Shown: in pieces, positions 59,381 to 64,000 of the stretch
Numbering within the stretch: position 1 is the stretch's first letter
Layout: every line of letters starts with the position of its first letter
Assembly: GCA_043744275.1 (NCBI GenBank)
Contig: JAYTUY010000012.1
Span: 5,403-69,402, forward strand
Direction of reading: 5' to 3'
Source: Saprospiraceae bacterium
Lineage (GTDB): Bacteria > Bacteroidota > Bacteroidia > Chitinophagales > Saprospiraceae
Length of the DNA: 64,000 nt
The notes under the pieces: generated by a model
What the model saw: the letters and a program-made list of their open reading frames with translations, nothing else
Told to the model about the DNA's origin: nothing
Databases searched by the model: none
Translations under genes and position numbers: made by a program

Positions 59381-59891
59381 TATGAATTGATTTTGAATAA
59401 ATTATAAATTTTAGTTCAGTATCTCTTTCGTTTTGTCAAAAGCGCGGCAAATTTCTCATTTTTATTTTGATATAAAAAAATATTTGCGCAACTTTTTTTC
59501 AAAAAATTATTAAAAAAAATTAATTCTCAATGCTTTATATATTTGAAAATCAATACTTTATAAGGAAAAGGCAAATTTTGAGCCAATTTACAATTGTATT
59601 TTATTTTTAAAATTTATTTTAAATATATATGTAAAATGCACAAAAAATTCACTCGCATTGGCTCACGCTGATAGTATGCTAATGCTTCTGTCATTTAACA
59701 AAAATGATAGTTTTCAGTAAAAAAAATGATTAATAATAGGGTTGAAAGTGCCTCATGTGCGAATAGTGAAACGAAAATACAGGTATTTGATTGATTATCA
59801 ACACTTTATGTAATTTTTTTTCAAAAAAAATTTTTTTTACTTCAAAAAAATCATGAAACTGCCAAATTCGCAACACTTACAGACCTTTTGT

Positions 59892-59899
59892 TATCTTTG
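59892..59899 (+). promoter_or_regulatory. -7 box TATCTTTG upstream of yicC
   Basis: Matches TAnnTTTG, 29 nt before ATG 59928. Confidence 0.45.
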
Positions 59900-59927
59900 C
59901 GCTTCATTTATCATAAACTGTTGTAAT

Positions 59928-60806
59928 ATGCTCCTTTCAATGACCGGTTACGGACGGGCAACTCGTACTTTTGACGATAAAAGCATCACCATTGAGGTGC
60001 GCGCTTTGAATTCTAAAATGACGGATATCCGTTTCAAAATGCCTTATAATTATAAGGCTAAAGAAATAGAACTTCGCCGTATCCTCACTGATCAGGCTGA
60101 GCGTGGGAAGATTGATGTATCCATTAATATCAAATCGCTTACTGGAGAAGATGATTTTGCTTTGAATCATGAGCTTTTCAAAAAATATTACAAGGAACTG
60201 AAAGGGCTGACTCATGAATTGGATTTGCCTGCCAACGATTTATTGTCTGCTATTTTGCGCTTGCCTAATATTGTCGGCACTGACGAAGAAGGTGTGCCTG
60301 ATGAAGAGTGGGAAGTAGCACAGCAAACCCTCAATGAAGCACTCGAAGACTTCAAAAAGTTCCGTTTTACTGAGGGGGGTGCTATGGAGAAAGATTTGTA
60401 TGATAGGATAGCCAATATCCTCAATTTGCTCAAAGCCATTGTACCTTATGAAAAAGAACGGATTGTCAAATTGCGTCAGCGGCTGCGTCAAAATCTTGAA
60501 GAGTTTTTAGGAAAAGAAAATGTAGATGAAAATCGTTTTGAGCAAGAAGTCTTATTTTATCTCGAAAAAATAGACGTGACGGAAGAAAAAATACGCCTTG
60601 AGCAACATTGCCGCTATTTCAAAGAGACTTTAGACGATAAAAAAAATACTTCAAAAGGTAGAACCCTTAATTTTATCACTCAAGAAGTGGGGCGGGAAAT
60701 TAATACTTTAGGTTCAAAAGCCTATTCGTCAGAAATTCAACATTTGGTCGTACAAATGAAAGATGAATTGGAAAAAATGAAAGAGTTAATCGCTAATTTG
60801 GTTTAA
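59928..60806 (+). CDS. yicC: YicC/YloC family endoribonuclease
   Basis: The MLLSMTGYGRA start and the C-terminal REINTLGSKA block. I moved the start from 59853. Confidence 0.85.
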   Translation: MLLSMTGYGRATRTFDDKSITIEVRALNSKMTDIRFKMPYNYKAKEIELRRILTDQAERGKIDVSINIKSLTGEDDFALNHELFKKYYKELKGLTHELDLPANDLLSAILRLPNIVGTDEEGVPDEEWEVAQQTLNEALEDFKKFRFTEGGAMEKDLYDRIANILNLLKAIVPYEKERIVKLRQRLRQNLEEFLGKENVDENRFEQEVLFYLEKIDVTEEKIRLEQHCRYFKETLDDKKNTSKGRTLNFITQEVGREINTLGSKAYSSEIQHLVVQMKDELEKMKELIANLV

Positions 60807-61369
60807 TGAATAAGTTAATCATAGTCACTGCACCATCGGGAGCAGGCAAAACAACAATTGTCCATCATCTTTTAGAAAAATTTGATGAATTGGCTTTCTC
60901 TGTGTCGGCTACTAATCGAGCGAAAAGAGTTCATGAAACAGATAGCGTAGATTATTACTTCTTTTCCACTGATGATTTTAAACGCCTTGTTACTGAGGGG
61001 GCGTTTTTGGAGTATGAAGAAGTGTATGAAAATCAATTTTATGGTACTTTGAAATTGGAAATTGAAAGGCTGTGGTCACTTGGCAAATGCATTATTTTTG
61101 ACGTGGATGTGAAAGGGGCTACCAATATTCAAAAAGCCTATCCTACTGAATCGTTATCTATTTTTATAAAACCGCCTTCCAAAGAAATACTCTTCGAACG
61201 GTTAAAAAACCGCAAAACTGAAACGCCTGAAAGCCTTCGTAAGCGAATTGCCCGCGCTACCGAAGAGTTAGCTTACGAAAATCGGTTCAATAAAGTCATC
61301 GTCAATGATGATTTAGAGAAAGCACTCAGCCAAGCTGAAAAAATAGTATTAGAATTTATCCGAACTTAG
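60806..61369 (+). CDS. gmk: guanylate kinase
   Basis: P-loop APSGAGKTT and YYF...F motifs. Its start overlaps the yicC stop. Confidence 0.9.
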   Translation: MNKLIIVTAPSGAGKTTIVHHLLEKFDELAFSVSATNRAKRVHETDSVDYYFFSTDDFKRLVTEGAFLEYEEVYENQFYGTLKLEIERLWSLGKCIIFDVDVKGATNIQKAYPTESLSIFIKPPSKEILFERLKNRKTETPESLRKRIARATEELAYENRFNKVIVNDDLEKALSQAEKIVLEFIRT

Positions 61370-61428
61370 TATTAATTTTATTGTTGCATTTCTTAGATTT
61401 GTCAAATCAATAAAGTCCAATAATAACT

Positions 61429-61821
61429 ATGAACTTGGAAACTATCGTTACAAATGGCATCAAAGTAAGCGTGGAGACTTTTTATCAGGAAGAGTATAGC
61501 CGACCTATAGAAAATAAATACATCTTCGCTTATCGCATCTACATTCAAAATCTGAGTGAACACACCGTTCAGTTGATGAGGCGGCACTGGTATATTATTG
61601 ACTCGAATGGTATGATACGCGAAGTGGAAGGAGAAGGAGTGATTGGACATCAGCCAATTTTAGCAGCAGGCGACACGCATCAATATGTCTCATGGTCGCA
61701 TCTTTTTACCGAAATGGGCAAAATGCATGGCTATTATCTTTTCGTTCGCCAAATAGATGGTGAAATGTTTAAAGCCACCATTCCTGAATTTCAATTGGTT
61801 GTACCTTTTAAAATGAATTAG
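61429..61821 (+). CDS. apaG: ApaG (DUF525) protein
   Basis: FAYRIYIQNLSEHTVQLMRRHWYIIDSNG...VEGEGVIGHQP matches the ApaG pattern. Confidence 0.85.
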   Translation: MNLETIVTNGIKVSVETFYQEEYSRPIENKYIFAYRIYIQNLSEHTVQLMRRHWYIIDSNGMIREVEGEGVIGHQPILAAGDTHQYVSWSHLFTEMGKMHGYYLFVRQIDGEMFKATIPEFQLVVPFKMN

Positions 61822-61889
61822 AAACGTAGCGCGGAACTCCAGTTCTGCATTTTACTGAGGGGGTAGTTATTTATTTCATAATGTGTTAC

Positions 61890-61922
61890 AACATTCCAAA
61901 AGTTTTTAACTTTTGGAATGTT
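61890..61922. terminator. palindrome AACATTCCAAAAGTT-TTT-AACTTTTGGAATGTT
   Basis: It lies after apaG. Its core is the same as 8971-8998. Confidence 0.55.
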
Positions 61923-61926
61923 TACA

Positions 61927-61972
61927 AAAGAAAGAGGGTGTTGACCATTTAATGGCAACACCCTCTTTCTTT
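61927..61972. terminator. 17-bp stem hairpin AAAGAAAGAGGGTGTTG/CAACACCCTCTTTCTTT
   Basis: It lies between convergent genes, with T/A runs on both sides, and is probably a bidirectional terminator. Confidence 0.7.
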
Positions 61973-61997
61973 ATTTTAAAACTATGTTTCCCTCGGC

Positions 61998-62714
61998 TTA
62001 TTCCTTCGGCAAACTAAAAATAGTTTTATCAAGCTTTGGATTAAGCTCCACTTTATCCGCTTTGATAACCATACCTGTCTGACCATTGAGTTTGTTCTCG
62101 ATAGTATGCGGTATCATCAAACCATCCACTTCTTTATAATCACTCAAAAAAGTTTCGACAGCCTGACCTTTCATCGGACCAGATGAAGCAAAAGAGCGAA
62201 TCATAACAGGTACAAAATTCTCAGCATCGATAAAATATATTTTTTCATCGCCTACTTTGCGTTTCAATTTCAATTTGAAACATTTTGCGCCATCTATTTC
62301 CTCTTTACCATCTAACTCAACGGTATGACCTTTGGTTTTATAATCAATAAAATCATCTTCAAACGGCTCTTTAGCAGCATCGGCTGTTTCTTCTTCCGTT
62401 TTTTTAGTCGGTTTATTCATAGTTGCAAATGGGCTACATTGCCAAGCAGTAGTGCCATCGAACGCATCAACGAATTTTTGACCCTGAAAATCGCCTTCCT
62501 GACGCGTCATATTGGGGCGCATTGAAGACGCTGTAAATGGAATATTCATCCCTTGAACCACTACAAAACCTGTTTGGCGCATGGATTCTAATTTTTTCCA
62601 TTTCTCTACACCGCCTACGGCTTTAATGTATTTTTCGACGATTTCATCGGCTGTCTGAGCTTGTACCATGAAGGCTGTTAAAAACAAACCTAAAATGAGC
62701 GTGAATTTTTTCAT
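61998..62714 (-). CDS. secreted protein, outer-membrane lipoprotein-sorting (LolA-like) family candidate
   Basis: I moved the start to MKKFTLILGLFLTAFMVQAQ. The TADEIVEKYIKAVGG start resembles that family (recalled from memory). Confidence 0.5.
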   Translation of the reverse strand: MKKFTLILGLFLTAFMVQAQTADEIVEKYIKAVGGVEKWKKLESMRQTGFVVVQGMNIPFTASSMRPNMTRQEGDFQGQKFVDAFDGTTAWQCSPFATMNKPTKKTEEETADAAKEPFEDDFIDYKTKGHTVELDGKEEIDGAKCFKLKLKRKVGDEKIYFIDAENFVPVMIRSFASSGPMKGQAVETFLSDYKEVDGLMIPHTIENKLNGQTGMVIKADKVELNPKLDKTIFSLPKE

Positions 62715-62914
62715 CTGTACTATTTTTTGTTTTGTTAAATGTTTAAAAATAACTTTTATTAAAAAAAAATTGACTATCAATTTATTGCAAAATAAATAAC
62801 AATTGATTGAAGCTACAAAAGAAATTTCCCTGCACCTGCTTTGAAAAAATACTTTACAAACAATTGGAAATAAACGACGAAAATTGTTTCCTCATTGTCA
62901 AGAAGAAAAACCAT

Positions 62915-63802
62915 TTAAACCAAATCGCTCAACAAAGCCAATTTTGCACCCATATCTGTATTGCCTTTTTGTAGTTCTTCTTGAGCCAATAAATGCAACC
63001 CCCTCAGTATATTGCCCGAATAAAGTATCTTTTGAACGCGATTATCTTTTTTCAAAGTTAAGATTTCTTCTTTAGGTGGTAAAGCTATGAGGCTGGCAAT
63101 TTGAGCAATATTATTGCCCGTCAACACTTCGCTTTGGCGAATACTGAGGGGTAGCCCATCGTAGCCCAAAACGATAGGACGCTCAGGCTGCACAATTTCA
63201 AAAACAGCGTCGCCACTCGCTCGGGTGTAATATGCCCGACCGAGCCTGCCTACGAGGTCTATTTTATAGGGGTCAATCCGCCTTTTATCAGCATCCATCA
63301 CATCTTCAGAAACATGGATACACAAAACATTGCAAATAATCAGACACCCTGCGCCCCCCTCAGTACCCAAGGGTAAAATCCGATCCACGCGGCATTCCAA
63401 TTGCACGGGCGACTCTTTCACTCGAAATGGGCGCACCAAATCTGAAGCCAATGGCGTCAATCCTGCTTTCTCAAATTCATTCACCCCTTTTGGATAATTA
63501 ACTGCCGTGAGGGTCATTTGCCGAACAATGCTATGGCTCACCATATTAATAACACATTCCATCGTCTCTTCTACGTTGCTCAAGGTATCTTTAGTCGTGC
63601 CATCCTGTACGCGCTTACCGACTGAGAAAACCACAATTGGGGGATTAGCACTGAAAGCATTGAAAAAACTGAAAGGCGCGAGGTTGGTATTGCCTTCTTT
63701 ATCCATTGTGCTGACAAATGCAATAGGGCGAGGTGCCACAGATGCGATTAAAAACTGATAAAAATCAGGGTTAGAGGTTGTCTGTGGGTCAATTCTTATC
63801 AT
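62915..63802 (-). CDS. flavin reductase family protein (FMN-binding split barrel)
   Basis: VAPRPIAFVSTMDKEGNTNLAPFSFFN block. ATGA start/stop overlap with aat. Confidence 0.8.
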   Translation of the reverse strand: MIRIDPQTTSNPDFYQFLIASVAPRPIAFVSTMDKEGNTNLAPFSFFNAFSANPPIVVFSVGKRVQDGTTKDTLSNVEETMECVINMVSHSIVRQMTLTAVNYPKGVNEFEKAGLTPLASDLVRPFRVKESPVQLECRVDRILPLGTEGGAGCLIICNVLCIHVSEDVMDADKRRIDPYKIDLVGRLGRAYYTRASGDAVFEIVQPERPIVLGYDGLPLSIRQSEVLTGNNIAQIASLIALPPKEEILTLKKDNRVQKILYSGNILRGLHLLAQEELQKGNTDMGAKLALLSDLV

Positions 63803-64000
63803 GTTTTATTTCTTTTTAAAATCTCATAAAATTCGGTTCTTGAAATCAATCGCCCACCCAAACTTGTCAAATGTCGTGTTTCTTGCTGACAATCGATGAG
63901 TAAAAAATCCATTTCGCACAATTTTTGAACAAAGGTAATAAAACCGAATTTAGATGCATTGGGTACTTTTGTAAACATGCTCTCACCAAAAAAAACACGC
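63799..64000 (-). CDS. aat: leucyl/phenylalanyl-tRNA--protein transferase, C-terminal part (5' end outside window)
   Basis: My manual translation is ...FFGESMFTKVPNASKFGFITFVQKLCEMDFLLIDCQQETRHLTSLGGRLISRTEFYEILKRNKT. Confidence 0.75.
   Translation of the reverse strand, partial: RVFFGESMFTKVPNASKFGFITFVQKLCEMDFLLIDCQQETRHLTSLGGRLISRTEFYEILKRNKT

Overview
This is 64 kb of low-GC chromosome (about 38-40 % G+C by eye) that looks like Bacteroidota. Three things support that: TAnnTTTG -7 promoter boxes, an atpBEFHAG operon without atpDC, and an ECF-sigma/FecR/STN module. Most of the window is housekeeping. It holds the tail of a polysaccharide cluster (wecB-like, sulfatase-like, WbqC), an acyl-CoA ligase, hisIE, kynU, rpmH-rnpA, a D-aminoacylase, a beta-lactamase-fold hydrolase, a MATE pump and an M1 aminopeptidase. 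It also holds guaB, ltaE, asnS, the ATP synthase operon, mqo, arginase plus ornithine aminotransferase with a divergent AsnC regulator, an SSS symporter, murF, gatA, aspS, RNase G, HU, yicC, gmk, apaG and aat. I found no rRNA, tRNA, CRISPR array, intact transposase or prophage. The unusual content is mostly at the DNA-word and small-repeat level. (1) The decamer TACTGAGGGG has 62 exact copies of its 8-mer core, spread over both strands and used in five reading frames inside unrelated genes, which resembles an uptake-signal or HIP1-type genomic word. (2) A motif-free, very AT-rich, translationally coupled three-gene cassette sits at 9604-11260 next to rnpA and is a candidate novel defence or TA-like module. 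(3) A NERD-nuclease islet lies beside a broken VOC gene. (4) A 33-bp GC-rich element is embedded in the same reading frame in two unrelated genes. (5) Tandem heptanucleotide arrays, similar to cyanobacterial STRR repeats, sit at six gene boundaries. (6) A 164-bp nested palindrome precedes aspS. (7) A small lipoprotein gene is inserted into the atp operon between 33-bp direct repeats. (8) An ECF sigma/FecR pair is coupled to an STN-domain protein that is not a TonB-dependent receptor. All family assignments come from motif recognition by eye and need HMM or BLAST confirmation. All counts are hand tallies.
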